From contig CAVTHS010000003.1 of assembly GCA_963734535.1 (NCBI GenBank), positions 96,001-160,000 on the forward strand: a stretch of DNA of 64,000 nucleotides, given 5' to 3'. Under the pieces are notes generated by a model, which had not been told where the DNA came from, ran no database searches, and was given only the letters and a program-made list of their open reading frames with translations. The stretch is from an uncultured Chloroflexia bacterium (GTDB lineage Bacteria > Chloroflexota > Limnocylindria > Limnocylindrales > CSP1-4). Of the stretch, positions 19,214 through 29,429 are shown one piece after another (position 1 is the first letter of the stretch; each line of letters begins with the position of its first letter). The position numbers and the translations under genes were made by a program.

Positions 19214-19915
19214 ATGACGGCCGCCGGCGCGCATTCGACGCCGCGGCGCGAGGTCGACCTCTATCCGGCCGTGAAGGCGTTTCTCGAGGGCGAGGGGTTC
19301 GAGGTCAAGGGCGAGGTCCGCGGTTGTGACGTCGTCGGCGTGCGCCGCGACGAGCCGCCGGTGATCGTTGAGCTCAAGCTCCGCTTCACGCTGGGGCTCG
19401 TCCTGCAGGCGCTCGATCGCCTCCGCCTGTCCGAGACCGTCTACCTCGCCGTCCCGGCCGAAACGGTCCGGCGACGCGGGATTGGCCCGCTGTGCCGCCG
19501 GCTCGGGCTGGGCCTGCTGGCGATCCACGGCCCGCGGCTGCGCGTGGAGGTCATGGTCGAGCCAGGCCCGTACCGGCCGCAGCACGATGGCCGCCGGACG
19601 CGGCTGCTCATCTCAGAGCATGCTCGCCGGCGTGGCGACCCGACGCACGGGGGGGCGAACCGCGTTCCGATCATGACGGCGTATCGCCAGGAGGCACTCA
19701 GGATCGCGGCCTCCCTGCGGGCTGGGCCGGCCTCCGTCGCAGCGCTCCGCGAGGCCGCCTCGGCGCCGAATGCCGGCCGGATCCTTGCCCGGGACGCGTA
19801 CGGATGGTTCGAGCGGATCGAGCGAGGCTCCTACGGCCTTCGCGATGCAGGACGGGCCGCGGTCGCAGCGTCCGACAGCGACGACGCGCGAGCGGACGCC
19901 GTCGCCGGCGCCTGA
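19214..19915 (+). CDS. DUF2161 family putative PD-(D/E)XK phosphodiesterase
   Basis: REVDLYPAVKAFLEGEGFEVKGEVRGCDVVG...IVELK, IMTAYRQEAL and YGWFERIERG. Confidence 0.88.
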   Translation: MTAAGAHSTPRREVDLYPAVKAFLEGEGFEVKGEVRGCDVVGVRRDEPPVIVELKLRFTLGLVLQALDRLRLSETVYLAVPAETVRRRGIGPLCRRLGLGLLAIHGPRLRVEVMVEPGPYRPQHDGRRTRLLISEHARRRGDPTHGGANRVPIMTAYRQEALRIAASLRAGPASVAALREAASAPNAGRILARDAYGWFERIERGSYGLRDAGRAAVAASDSDDARADAVAGA

Positions 19916-20110
19916 GACGCGGCTGGCTGATGGCGCCGTCGCTTCGGCCCCAGAGGAGGGGCCGCCCGGCCGGGGAGGGGGTCCGCGCGGCGTCGTACCA
20001 TGGTCCGGCGCGCAGGTGCCATCGGCGTTTGCCCGGTGCTGCCGCGGCGTCTCAGCAATCGCACACCGCGCGGCGAGCCCGCCGCCCGTCCGCGCCAGGA
20101 GGACTCGCCC

Positions 20111-21511
20111 ATGGCCACCGTCGCCGAAACCGTTCCGCAGCTCGTTGCGCTCCTCGAGGGGGCCGCCCGGGTCGCGCGTGGCCGGTTGCTGGTCACCGAC
20201 GAGAACGTGTTTCGAGCCCGAACGATCCACGATCTGGCCTGGACCCAGACGTTCTCGGCGGACGCGGCGACGGTCGAGGCCGCTCGCTGGATGATCTGGG
20301 AGGCGAGCCAGGAGCTCGGCTCGCCGTCGGCGAGCATCCATGAGCTCTATGCCGCCCGGAGCCGCGGCGAGGTCTCCGGGTTCACCGTGCCGGCCATCAA
20401 CCTCCGGGCACAGACCTTCGACATGGCCCGCACGATCTTCGCCACCGCCATGGCAAAGGACGTCGGCCCGGTCATCCCCGAGCTCGCGCGCTCCGAGCAG
20501 ACCTACACCTGGCAGCGAGTCTCCGAGTACGCGCCGAACATCCTGGCCGGCGCCATTGCGGCCGGATGGCGGGGTCCCGTCTTCATCCAGGGGGACCATT
20601 ACCAGTTCAATGCCAAGAAGTACGCGGCCGACCCCGAGGCGGTGACGGAGGAGATCCGGAAGGCCTGTCGCGACGCGGTGGCCGCCGGCTACCTCAACAT
20701 CGACGTGGACAGCTCGACGCTCGTCGACCTCACCCAGCCGGACGTGGATGCCGAGCAGAAGGTCAACTACACCCGGGCGGCCGAGATCACCGCGCTCATC
20801 CGCGACCTGGAGCCGGCCGGCGTGACGATCAGCGTCGGGGGCGAGATCGGCGAGGTCGGCAAGCAGAACTCCAACGAGGCCGAGCTGCGCGCTTACCTCG
20901 ACGGGTTCCGTATCGAACTCGACGCACGCCGCCCGGGCGCAACGGGCGTCAGCAAGGTGAGCGTCCAGACTGGCACCAGCCATGGCGGCGTGCCGCTCCC
21001 CGGCGGCGGCGTGGCCGAGGTCAAGCTGGACTTCGAGGTGCTCCGCGTGCTCGGCGAGGTGGCCCGCACGTACGGGGCGGCCGGTGCCGTGCAGCACGGG
21101 GCGAGCACGCTTCCCGACGAGCTGTTCCACCGCTTCGCCGGCGTCGAGACCGCCGAGATCCACCTCGCGACGGGCTTCCAGAACGCCCTCTACGAGCACC
21201 CGGCGTTCCCGGCCGCGCTCCATCGCGAGATCGAGGCGTGGTGCTTCGCCAACGCGGCGGACGAGCGCAAGCCCGGGATGACCGACACGCAGTTCGTCTA
21301 CACCACCCGCAAGAAGGCGATCGGCCCGTTCAAGCGGCAGCTCTGGGAGCTCGCCACGAAGGACGAGATCCTCGCCTCGCAGGGGGCCAAGATCGCGTTC
21401 CTGTTCGACCAGCTGAAGATGGACGGCACGGCCGGCCTGCTCCGTTTCGTCTCGACGCCAGCCTGGCATCGGCCGATGCCCGAGACCCTCGGCGTGGCGG
21501 TCGCCGGCTGA
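20111..21511 (+). CDS. fba: Class II fructose-bisphosphate aldolase family protein
   Basis: FTVPAINLR, IQGDH, GGEIGEVG, GTSHGG and AVQHGAS Zn-ligand motifs. AGGAGG RBS. Confidence 0.88.
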   Translation: MATVAETVPQLVALLEGAARVARGRLLVTDENVFRARTIHDLAWTQTFSADAATVEAARWMIWEASQELGSPSASIHELYAARSRGEVSGFTVPAINLRAQTFDMARTIFATAMAKDVGPVIPELARSEQTYTWQRVSEYAPNILAGAIAAGWRGPVFIQGDHYQFNAKKYAADPEAVTEEIRKACRDAVAAGYLNIDVDSSTLVDLTQPDVDAEQKVNYTRAAEITALIRDLEPAGVTISVGGEIGEVGKQNSNEAELRAYLDGFRIELDARRPGATGVSKVSVQTGTSHGGVPLPGGGVAEVKLDFEVLRVLGEVARTYGAAGAVQHGASTLPDELFHRFAGVETAEIHLATGFQNALYEHPAFPAALHREIEAWCFANAADERKPGMTDTQFVYTTRKKAIGPFKRQLWELATKDEILASQGAKIAFLFDQLKMDGTAGLLRFVSTPAWHRPMPETLGVAVAG

Positions 21512-21651
21512 CGGCGCTTCGTCGAGGTCAACGGCCCGGGTCGGCTCGCCGGCCCGGGCCGGTCCATGTCCGGCTCAGGCGAGCTCCCGGCGCACGACGA
21601 CGCGGCTCGCGCCGGGGCCTGCCCCTGGGCTGGCTGGCCGTCTGCGTGGGG

Positions 21652-22203
21652 TCACGTGCTCGATCCTCCGGTTGCGGACAACGCCGCCGGGTCGGACGCG
21701 GTCGGCCTGGGTCCTTGCAGGAAGACCAGGAGGAGCAGGGTGAGCGCTCCCATGAACAGGCCGAGCCCGACGGCCGTGAGGTAGAGCGCCGGCTCCTGGT
21801 CCGGGAACAGGCCGAGCACGACGAGGACCAGCGCGGCGATCATGGGGATCATGAGACCCAGGTAGGAAGCCGCCACCCCCACGGTCTGCGCCCGCGAATA
21901 GGCCGCCCCGAGCTCCCGCGACTCCGTCGTCCGCTCGTTCACGATCCACTGGCCGAGGAGGAGGACGAGCGCCAGGAGACTGCACGTCAGCCATAGCCCG
22001 TGACCGGCCAGGTCGTAGCGGCTGCCGATGACCGGCGCCAGGGCGGCGATCACCACCCAGATCGCGAGCGTCACCACGCTGCGGATGTACGTGATCTCGT
22101 GCGCATCGCTCGCGCCGCTGCTCCTGACGCTGATGAGCGCCCCGAACCCGACGAACACGCCGGCGATCTCGGCCAGCGATAGCAACAGATCGGTGTCCTG
22201 CAT
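21652..22203 (-). CDS. Hypothetical integral membrane protein (about 5 TM)
   Basis: LLSLAEIAGVFVGFGALI and further hydrophobic stretches. GGAGG RBS. Confidence 0.75.
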   Translation of the reverse strand: MQDTDLLLSLAEIAGVFVGFGALISVRSSGASDAHEITYIRSVVTLAIWVVIAALAPVIGSRYDLAGHGLWLTCSLLALVLLLGQWIVNERTTESRELGAAYSRAQTVGVAASYLGLMIPMIAALVLVVLGLFPDQEPALYLTAVGLGLFMGALTLLLLVFLQGPRPTASDPAALSATGGSST

Positions 22204-22320
22204 GTCCCGCCACCTCCTGCACACGCGTGATCGGGGTCAGGATGGGCGCAACGTGGCAGGCCGTCGAGAGGCGCGCGACCTGGCGATCTGGCGGGCACCG
22301 GCCCGAGACGACGCTCTGCC

Positions 22321-22509
22321 TCAGCGACGCCCGACGATGGCCGCCTCGCCAAGGAGGCCGACGATGACGCCCACGCCCGCCCCGAAGACGAGGCCCAGCG
22401 CGATCTCCTGAGCGAGCAGGAGCGCCGCAATGATCCCGAGGCCGCCACCGATCCCGGCGCCCATGCCGATGCCGACACCTCGCGGTGCGGGTCGCTGCTC
22501 TGAACTCAC
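22321..22509 (-). CDS. Small glycine-rich 2-TM membrane protein
   Basis: GVGIGMGAGIGGGLG...GAGVGVIVG; GGAGG 6 nt before the GTG. Confidence 0.65.
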   Translation of the reverse strand: MSSEQRPAPRGVGIGMGAGIGGGLGIIAALLLAQEIALGLVFGAGVGVIVGLLGEAAIVGRR

Positions 22510-22900
22510 GTCAGACCTCCGCGTGCTGGACGCCACGATCAGCATACGGTGTCCGTGTGACGGTCGCGTGGTAGTCACCGTCGCCAGTGCGGCGGCGCGG
22601 GCGCGGCTTGGAGCCAGTGCCGTGCGTGCCGGCCGCGCAGATCAGCGGCGCGCCGGCGAGATCCGCACGGATCAGGTCTGCGCCGTCTCGATCAGGTGGC
22701 GCCCAGGGCGGAACATCCGGCCCCCATCGGCCGGCGGGATGACCGGCGTACGACAGTCACGCCTCGATCCCCGTTCTCGCCTGGCTCGCCCATGCCATAT
22801 CCTCGCATGACGATCTCGACCTGGTGGATGCCGGGTCATCGAGGGTGGAGGGCCGGTGTCACGCCGGCGGCTCCGTGGATGCGTCTGCGCCGGAGGACCG

Positions 22901-23758
22901 ATGAGCGACGTTCAGGGACCGGCCCCCGGCTTCGGTGCCGCCTGGTCGGCGTCCCGCCGGCGGGTGCCGGATGCCGACCTCCGCGCCTGGCTGGAGCTCG
23001 GCCTGTCCGCCTGCGACGCGGCCGACGAGATCGCCCTGCGCTGGTTCCGCCGCGAGGTCCCGATCTCCACGAAGCCGGACCGCACGTTCGTGACGGAGGC
23101 AGACCAGGCGATCGAACGCTTCGTGCGCGAGCGCATCCGGGCGGCGCATCCCGACCACGGGCTGGTGGGGGAGGAATACGGCGAGGAGGCGGCCGGGGCG
23201 CGGATCCGCTGGTATGTCGACCCGATCGACGGCACCCACAACTTCATCCGCGGCGTGCCCCTGTTCGGGACGCTCCTGGCCGTGGAGGTGGACGGCGAGC
23301 TCCAGGTGGGGATCATGAGCGCGCCCGCGCTCGGCGAGCGCTGGCAGGCAGCGCGCGGCATGGGTGCCTGGGCGATCGGGCGCGACGGTGCGGCCCGCCC
23401 GATCAGGACGTCCGACATCGGGCGAATCGACGACGCCCAGCTGCTGTATGGGAGCCGGCGGGAGAACGTCGGGTCCGGCCTGATGCCGGGTTTCGACGCG
23501 ACGATCGACGCTGCGTGGCGCGATCGAGGCTTCGGCGACTTCTGGGCCTACGCGCTGGTTGCGGAGGGCTCGGCCGAGGCGATGATCGAGTGCGGGATGC
23601 ACACCTGGGATGTCGCGGCGCCGCTCGTGCTGATCGAGGAGGCGGGTGGGCGCGTCACCGACGTCACGGGAGCGCGGCGAATCGACGCGCCGTCGTTCGT
23701 GGGCTCCAACGGCCACCTCCACGACGAGCTGCTGCGGCGCCTGGCAACCGCCCCCTGA
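22901..23758 (+). CDS. hisN: Inositol monophosphatase family protein, probable histidinol-phosphatase
   Basis: KPDRTFVTEAD, GEE, VDPIDGTHNFIRGVP, RGFGDFW and WDVAA motifs. GGAGG RBS. Confidence 0.8.
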   Translation: MSDVQGPAPGFGAAWSASRRRVPDADLRAWLELGLSACDAADEIALRWFRREVPISTKPDRTFVTEADQAIERFVRERIRAAHPDHGLVGEEYGEEAAGARIRWYVDPIDGTHNFIRGVPLFGTLLAVEVDGELQVGIMSAPALGERWQAARGMGAWAIGRDGAARPIRTSDIGRIDDAQLLYGSRRENVGSGLMPGFDATIDAAWRDRGFGDFWAYALVAEGSAEAMIECGMHTWDVAAPLVLIEEAGGRVTDVTGARRIDAPSFVGSNGHLHDELLRRLATAP

Positions 23759-23782
23759 CGGGCACGAACCGCGACGTCCCGC

Positions 23783-25105
23783 TCACGCCCCTGCGGCGAC
23801 CAGGCTCTCCCCCAGGATCCGGATCGCAGCCTCCACCTCGGCCTGGGTCGTCACGAGGGGCGGGATGATGCGGGTCACCTGGGCGTAGGGGCCCGCCGAC
23901 ATGATGACCAGGCGCCGCTCCAGCGCCTCGGCGATGACCCGTCGTGCCAGGTCCGGGTCCGGAGCCCGCCCGTCCCCGACGCCCGGCATGACGAGCTCCA
24001 GGGCGACCATGCAGCCGAGCCCGCGGACGTCGCCGATCGCCGGCCGCGTTGCGGCGAGCTCGCGGAGCCCCGCCAGCAGCTGTGCGCCGCGGTCGCGGGC
24101 GTTGGCCACCAGGCCCTCGTCCTCGATCACGTCGAGGGTCGCGTTTGCGGCGGCGCAGGCGACGACGTTGCCGCCGAACGTTCCGCCGTGGGCGCCCGGC
24201 CGCCAGCGCGCCATCAGGTCGGCCCGGGCGATGATTCCCGAGAGGGGCAGCCCGGACGCGACGCCCTTGGCGAAGACCAGGATGTCCGGCTCGACGTCCC
24301 AGTGGCGCACCGCGAACAGCTCACCCGTGCGGCCGAACCCCGTCTGGACCTCGTCGGCGATCAGCAGGATCCCATGCTGGCGGGTGACCTCGCGGAGGCG
24401 CGGCAGGAACCCCGGGGGTGGCACGACGTAGCCACCTTCGCCGAGGACGGGCTCGACGACGATCGCGGCCACGTGCTCCGGGTAGGTCAGGGTGTGGAGC
24501 GTCAGGTCGAGCTCCGCCTCCCAGTCGCAGGTGCAGGTGGCGTCCGGCGCGTGCCCGCCTCCCGGGGCGCGGTAGCAATACGGGTACGACGTCGCGTAGA
24601 CGGACCCGGGCAGCGGCTCGAAGTCGGCCCGGTAGACGTTCTTGGCGGTCGTCATGGCCATCGTCTGGGCCGTCCGGCCGTGATAGCCGCCGCGGAAGAC
24701 GAGGATGACCGGCCGCCCGGTGGCGGCGCGGGCCAGCTTGACGGAGGCCTCGACAGCCTCGGCGCCCGAGTTCGAGAGGAAGGCCTGCCAGGGTCCGCCT
24801 GGCAGCAGCGTGCGGAGCCGCTCGTAGAGCCGCAGGCCCGGCTCGTGGAAGACGATGTTCTGCTGGCCGTGGAGCAGCTTCGCGGCCTGCGCCTGGACGG
24901 CCGCGACGACGCGCGGGTGCGCGTGGCCGGTGTTCGTGACGCCGATCCCGGAGCTGTAGTCGAGGTACCGTTCGCCGTCGGTCGTCACCAGCCAGCTTCC
25001 CGCGCCGTGGTCGACGGTGAGGTTCGTGATGCGCGACCAGACCCCGGGCACGACCCCGCGATCGGGAAGCGCCGAGGTCGCCGGGGAAGCTGCGGTGTCG
25101 ACCAT
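23783..25105 (-). CDS. gabT: Class III PLP aminotransferase (4-aminobutyrate/diamine aminotransferase-like)
   Basis: NSGAEAVE, EPVLGEGG, DEVQTGFGRTG, AKGVASGLP and HGGTFGGN motifs. Confidence 0.8.
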   Translation of the reverse strand: MVDTAASPATSALPDRGVVPGVWSRITNLTVDHGAGSWLVTTDGERYLDYSSGIGVTNTGHAHPRVVAAVQAQAAKLLHGQQNIVFHEPGLRLYERLRTLLPGGPWQAFLSNSGAEAVEASVKLARAATGRPVILVFRGGYHGRTAQTMAMTTAKNVYRADFEPLPGSVYATSYPYCYRAPGGGHAPDATCTCDWEAELDLTLHTLTYPEHVAAIVVEPVLGEGGYVVPPPGFLPRLREVTRQHGILLIADEVQTGFGRTGELFAVRHWDVEPDILVFAKGVASGLPLSGIIARADLMARWRPGAHGGTFGGNVVACAAANATLDVIEDEGLVANARDRGAQLLAGLRELAATRPAIGDVRGLGCMVALELVMPGVGDGRAPDPDLARRVIAEALERRLVIMSAGPYAQVTRIIPPLVTTQAEVEAAIRILGESLVAAGA

Positions 25106-25166
25106 GCTGGGGCTCCTTCGCTGGGCGCCGGTCAGGCCAGGGCGCCGATCAGGCGGCGAACGCGGC

Positions 25167-26012
25167 TCAGGCCGCGCGGTCTCGCCGCTGGAGCAGCGTG
25201 CTCAGCAGGACCGCGCCGACGGCCGTTCCGAAGATGATCGTGCCGATGACGTTCACCTGGACGGGCACGCCGATCCGCGTCGCGCCGTAGATGTACATCG
25301 GGAGCGTCACCGTCGAGCCGGCCGTGAAGTTGGTGATCACGAAATCGTCGATCGAGAGGCTGAAGGCGAGCATCGCCGCGGCCAGGATCCCCGGGAAGAT
25401 GAGCGGGAAGGTCACCTTCCAGAACGTCACCATCTCGGTGGCCCCCAGGTCCATGGCCGCCTCCTCGAGGCGCCGGTCGAAGCCCGCGAGGCGCGCCCGG
25501 ATCGTCACGACCACGTAGCTGATGTTGAACATGATGTGGGCGATCAGGATCGTCAGCTCGTTGCGGGCCATCCCGATGGACACGAAGAGCGTCAGCAGCG
25601 ACGCACCCAGGACGATCTCGGGGGTTGCCATCGGCAGGAAGATGATCAGGTTCGTCGCCGCCCGGCCGCGGAACACGTAGCGCGTGAGGCCGAGGCCGAT
25701 CAGCGTGCCGAGGATCGTGGCCACGATCGTGGAGATGAAAGCGATGCGCAGGCTCGCCATCACCGCGTCGCTGAGGCCCAGCGGCGCGAACGGGTTGAGC
25801 CAGGCATCGAAGCTGAACTCGCGCCAGGCGAAGTTCGACTTGCCGACCGGCCGGTTGAAGCTGAACAGGATCATCACCGCGATCGGCAGCATCAGGTAGA
25901 CGATCGCGGCGAACGTGTACACGAACAGCGCGTTGTGGCCGAGCCAGCGCCGGATGCGCTGGGCGGGCGTGCCGCGCGACCGGGCTGGTGGCTGGAGCGC
26001 GACGGTCGTCAT
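25167..26012 (-). CDS. potC: Spermidine/putrescine ABC transporter permease (PotC-like)
   Basis: EAA loop LEEAAMDLGA and SIDDFVIT. Confidence 0.88.
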   Translation of the reverse strand: MTTVALQPPARSRGTPAQRIRRWLGHNALFVYTFAAIVYLMLPIAVMILFSFNRPVGKSNFAWREFSFDAWLNPFAPLGLSDAVMASLRIAFISTIVATILGTLIGLGLTRYVFRGRAATNLIIFLPMATPEIVLGASLLTLFVSIGMARNELTILIAHIMFNISYVVVTIRARLAGFDRRLEEAAMDLGATEMVTFWKVTFPLIFPGILAAAMLAFSLSIDDFVITNFTAGSTVTLPMYIYGATRIGVPVQVNVIGTIIFGTAVGAVLLSTLLQRRDRAA

Positions 26013-26015
26013 CGG

Positions 26016-26891
26016 TCAGCCTGCCGACGACATGAGTTCCTCGGTCCCGAGGAGTCGTGCGTACACCGCCACCGCGACGAGGATGCCCGCCATGAGGATG
26101 AAGCTGAGGGCGGCCGCCGTCGGGTAGTCGTTGTTGACGAGGAAGCGGCTCTGGACCACGTTGCCGATCATCTTCGTGGCCGGGGTCTGGCCGAGGAGCT
26201 CGGCGTTCACGTAGTCGCCCATCGCGGGGATGAAGGTCAGGAGCGTTCCCGCGAAGATCCCCGGGAGGGCCAGCGGCAGGGTGATCTTGCGGAACGCGCT
26301 CCACGGCGTGGCGTAGAGGTCCTGGCCGGCCTCGAGGAGGCGCTTGTCGATCTTCTCCAGGCTCACGTAGATGGGGAGCGTCATGAAGGGCAGGAAGTTG
26401 TAGGCGATCCCCGAGATCACCGCGACCGGCGTCGCCAGGATCCGGACGTCGTCGCTCACGAGTCCCGCGCTCTTGAGCGGGCCGAGCAGCAGCCCGTCGT
26501 CGCCGAGGATGGTTCGCCAGCTGATGACCCGCAGCAGGAAGCTGGTGAAGAACGGGGCGATCACCAGGAAGAGCAGGAGGTTCTTGTAGTGACCCGCCCG
26601 GAAGGCGATGGTGTAGGCGAGGGGGAAGCTGATGAGGAACGTGGCGACCGTCGCCGCGGCCGCGAAGAACACCGACCGTACGATCTGCTCCTGGTACCGG
26701 TTCAGGGCGTCCGTGTAGTTGTGGACGTTGGCCAGGCTGAACGTGAACCCGTGCTCCAGGGAGCCGCTCCAGAACGAGCTGATGAACATCTGGATCGACG
26801 GGTAGATGTAGAAGATCGCGAGCCAGATCAGCCCCGGCGTCAGGAGCAGGTACGGGACGATGAACTGGTAGCGACGGAGCAGCGCAGTCAA
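26016..26891 (-). CDS. potB: Spermidine/putrescine ABC transporter permease (PotB-like)
   Basis: PFFTSFLLR, LPFMTLPIYVSLEKID.RLLEAGQDL and FIPAMGDY. Confidence 0.88.
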   Translation of the reverse strand: MTALLRRYQFIVPYLLLTPGLIWLAIFYIYPSIQMFISSFWSGSLEHGFTFSLANVHNYTDALNRYQEQIVRSVFFAAAATVATFLISFPLAYTIAFRAGHYKNLLLFLVIAPFFTSFLLRVISWRTILGDDGLLLGPLKSAGLVSDDVRILATPVAVISGIAYNFLPFMTLPIYVSLEKIDKRLLEAGQDLYATPWSAFRKITLPLALPGIFAGTLLTFIPAMGDYVNAELLGQTPATKMIGNVVQSRFLVNNDYPTAAALSFILMAGILVAVAVYARLLGTEELMSSAG

Positions 26892-26973
26892 CGTCTCCCT
26901 CTCGGCACCGATGCGCTCACGTCAGACCGGGGAGCAGCCGTGGGACCAGCCGCGGCGCCCCCGATCGCCTCGA

Positions 26974-28245
26974 TCAGTTCCCCTGCAGGGTGGAGAACTG
27001 GTCGTTGAAGTACTTGTCCTCATCTGCCGACAGCGCCTTGAAGATGTGGGTCTTGGCCAGGGTGGCGGCATCCGGGAACATGAGCGGGTTCTGAGCCAGC
27101 GCCGCGACGGACTTGTCGACGTTCTTGGCGATCGCCTCCTTGGAGCCCTTCACCGGCGACACGTACTGGACGTAGGCGGCGATCTGCGCGGCGATCGTCG
27201 GGTCGTAGACGTAGTCGATCATCAGCTCGGCCGTGTACTTGTGGGCCGCACCCTTCGGGATGAGCATGTTGTCCGTCCAGATCATCCCGCCTTCGGAGGG
27301 GATGACGAACTTCAGGCTGGCCTTCTCGAGCTGCGCCTGGATGATGTCGCCGGACCAGGCGGTGCCCAGGACGAGATCGCCCTTGATGAGGCCCTCCTTG
27401 TAGTCGTTGCCCAGGAAGCTCCGGACGATCCCGCCGTCCAGCGCGCTCTTGATCTCGGCGATCGCGGCGTCGCAGTCCGCATTGGTCGCGGTCGCCGGAT
27501 CCTTCCCGAGCTTGAGGAGGGTCAGGCCGATCGTGTCGCGCATCTCGTTGAGGAGCCAGACCTTCCCCTTCCAGCGGGGATCGGCGGTCCACAGCGCGGA
27601 CATCGATGTCTGGCTGCCGACGACCTTCGAGTCGAACCCGAGGCCGGTCATGCCGGACTGCCAGGGGGCCCGCTTGTTGTTGTCCGGGTCCCATGGCTGG
27701 TTGCGCAGGTTGTCCGACTCGTTCGACGCGAAGTTCGGCGTGTTCGCCGTGTCGATCGTCTCGGCCCAGCCCAGGCCGATGACCTTGGCGGCCATCCAGT
27801 CCGTGAGCACCACGAGGTCCCAGCCGGTGTCCTGGCCGGCCTCGAGGGCCGGCCGAATCGTGCCGAAGAAGTCCTCGTTGGCGTTGATCGTCTCGCGGTA
27901 GTTGACCTTCGTGCCGTACTTCTTGGTGAACCCGTCGAGCGTGGGGGACTTCGGCGGGTTGGATGAGTCCTGGTCGATGTAGAGCGGCCAGTTCGCGAAG
28001 TTGAGCTCCGCGGCCGGACTGGGCTTCGGGGTGGCGGACGCGGCCGGGCTCGGGCTGGCCGCCTGCGACGGCCCGCTCGACGGCGCCCCGGAGGGTGCCA
28101 CCGACGGCGCGACGGACGGTGCCACCGACTGCGCCGCCGTGCCGCAGGCGGCCAGGAACGCCGCCACGCCGGCAAGCGCGGTGCCCTGGAGCATGCGCCG
28201 GCGCGTCAGCGCGCGGTCGAAGAGGTTGGGTTCTTGCTCGGACAT
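26974..28245 (-). CDS. potD: Polyamine ABC transporter substrate-binding lipoprotein with Tat signal
   Basis: TRRRML Tat motif and LAAC lipobox; LNFANWPLYID, AWSGD and IWTDNMLIP. AGGAGG RBS. Confidence 0.88.
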   Translation of the reverse strand: MSEQEPNLFDRALTRRRMLQGTALAGVAAFLAACGTAAQSVAPSVAPSVAPSGAPSSGPSQAASPSPAASATPKPSPAAELNFANWPLYIDQDSSNPPKSPTLDGFTKKYGTKVNYRETINANEDFFGTIRPALEAGQDTGWDLVVLTDWMAAKVIGLGWAETIDTANTPNFASNESDNLRNQPWDPDNNKRAPWQSGMTGLGFDSKVVGSQTSMSALWTADPRWKGKVWLLNEMRDTIGLTLLKLGKDPATATNADCDAAIAEIKSALDGGIVRSFLGNDYKEGLIKGDLVLGTAWSGDIIQAQLEKASLKFVIPSEGGMIWTDNMLIPKGAAHKYTAELMIDYVYDPTIAAQIAAYVQYVSPVKGSKEAIAKNVDKSVAALAQNPLMFPDAATLAKTHIFKALSADEDKYFNDQFSTLQGN

Positions 28246-28289
28246 GCTGCTCCTCCTGCGGGCGGCGACTGCCGCCCTCGAACCGGCCG

Positions 28290-29429
28290 CTATTCCCCTG
28301 GCGATGCGTTCTCGGCGGGTGCACCCACCGCGAACGTGTGATCCGGCGACCAGGCGAGGTGGACCGCCTCGCCGGGCCGATGCAGCGATCCGTGGATCGT
28401 TCGCTCGACGTTCTGCTCGTAGACGGAGATGCGGCTGCCGTTCCGGGTCTCGATGACGTACTGGGTGCTCACGCCCAGGTAGGACGCATCGAGGACGGTC
28501 CCGCTCAACACGTTCAGGCCGCTCGGCGGCTCGGCGTCCGCCCCGAAGAGGCGGATCTTCTCGGGCCGGACGCCGACCTCGACATCGGCGGACCCGTTGA
28601 TGGCCGCTTCCGGGACCTGGACCACGGCCTCGTCGGCAAGGCGCACGCTCGCATACGGCGCGCCCTTCTCGAGCACCGTCCCGGACAGCAGGTTCGAGAC
28701 TCCCAGGAAGCCAGCGACGAACCGGGTCTGGGGCCGCTCGTAGAGCGTCTCCGGGTCCGCCAGCTGCTCGTAGTGGCCCCGGTTCATGACCGCGATGCGA
28801 TCCGACATCGTCATCGCCTCTTCCTGGTCGTGGGTCACGTAGATGAAGGTGATCCCGACCTCCTGCTGGATGCGCTTGAGCTCCAGCTGCATCTGCTTCC
28901 GCAGCTTGAGGTCGAGCGCGCCGAGCGGTTCGTCGAGCAGGAGGACCGCGGGCCGGTTGATGAGGGCCCGGGCAAGCGCGACTCGCTGGGCCTGGCCGCC
29001 CGAGATCTGGGTGGGCTTGCGCTTCTCGAACCCGGGCAGCTCGACCAGGGCCAGCATCTCGGTGACGCGACTGCGCACCTCGGCGTCCTTGAGGCCGCCC
29101 TTTCGACGCAGGCCGAAGGCCACGTTCTCGAAGATCGTGAGGTGCGGGAAGAGGGCGTAGTTCTGGAAGACGGTATTGACGTTTCGCCGGTACGGGGGGA
29201 GCCACGTGACGTCCTGGCCCTGCAGCTCGATGAGCCCGGATGTCGGCTCCTCGAAGCCGCCGATCATGCGCAGGGTGGTCGTCTTGCCGCAGCCGGACGG
29301 ACCAAGCAGGGAGAAGAACTCGCCGTCCCGGACCTCCAGGTTGATCCCGTCCACGGCTGCCACGTCACCGAACTTCTTGACGACGTCGACGAGCCGAACT
29401 GCAACCGCGGTCGCCACTGGCGGTGTCAC
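28290..29429 (-). CDS. potA: Polyamine ABC transporter ATP-binding protein
   Basis: GPSGCGKTT, VNTVFQNYALFPHL, ISGGQAQR and LLLDEPLGALD, with a C-terminal TOBE-like region. Confidence 0.92.
   Translation of the reverse strand: MTPPVATAVAVRLVDVVKKFGDVAAVDGINLEVRDGEFFSLLGPSGCGKTTTLRMIGGFEEPTSGLIELQGQDVTWLPPYRRNVNTVFQNYALFPHLTIFENVAFGLRRKGGLKDAEVRSRVTEMLALVELPGFEKRKPTQISGGQAQRVALARALINRPAVLLLDEPLGALDLKLRKQMQLELKRIQQEVGITFIYVTHDQEEAMTMSDRIAVMNRGHYEQLADPETLYERPQTRFVAGFLGVSNLLSGTVLEKGAPYASVRLADEAVVQVPEAAINGSADVEVGVRPEKIRLFGADAEPPSGLNVLSGTVLDASYLGVSTQYVIETRNGSRISVYEQNVERTIHGSLHRPGEAVHLAWSPDHTFAVGAPAENASPGE

Noticed and set aside
21533-21560. GC hairpin after the aldolase gene as a dispersed repeat element
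   Set aside because: I found no other copies. It is probably a simple terminator-like stem between convergent genes and has no U tract.
22580-22890. Possible small ORF or gene remnant between the membrane protein gene and hisN
   Set aside because: No convincing RBS-start pair or recognisable motif in any frame.
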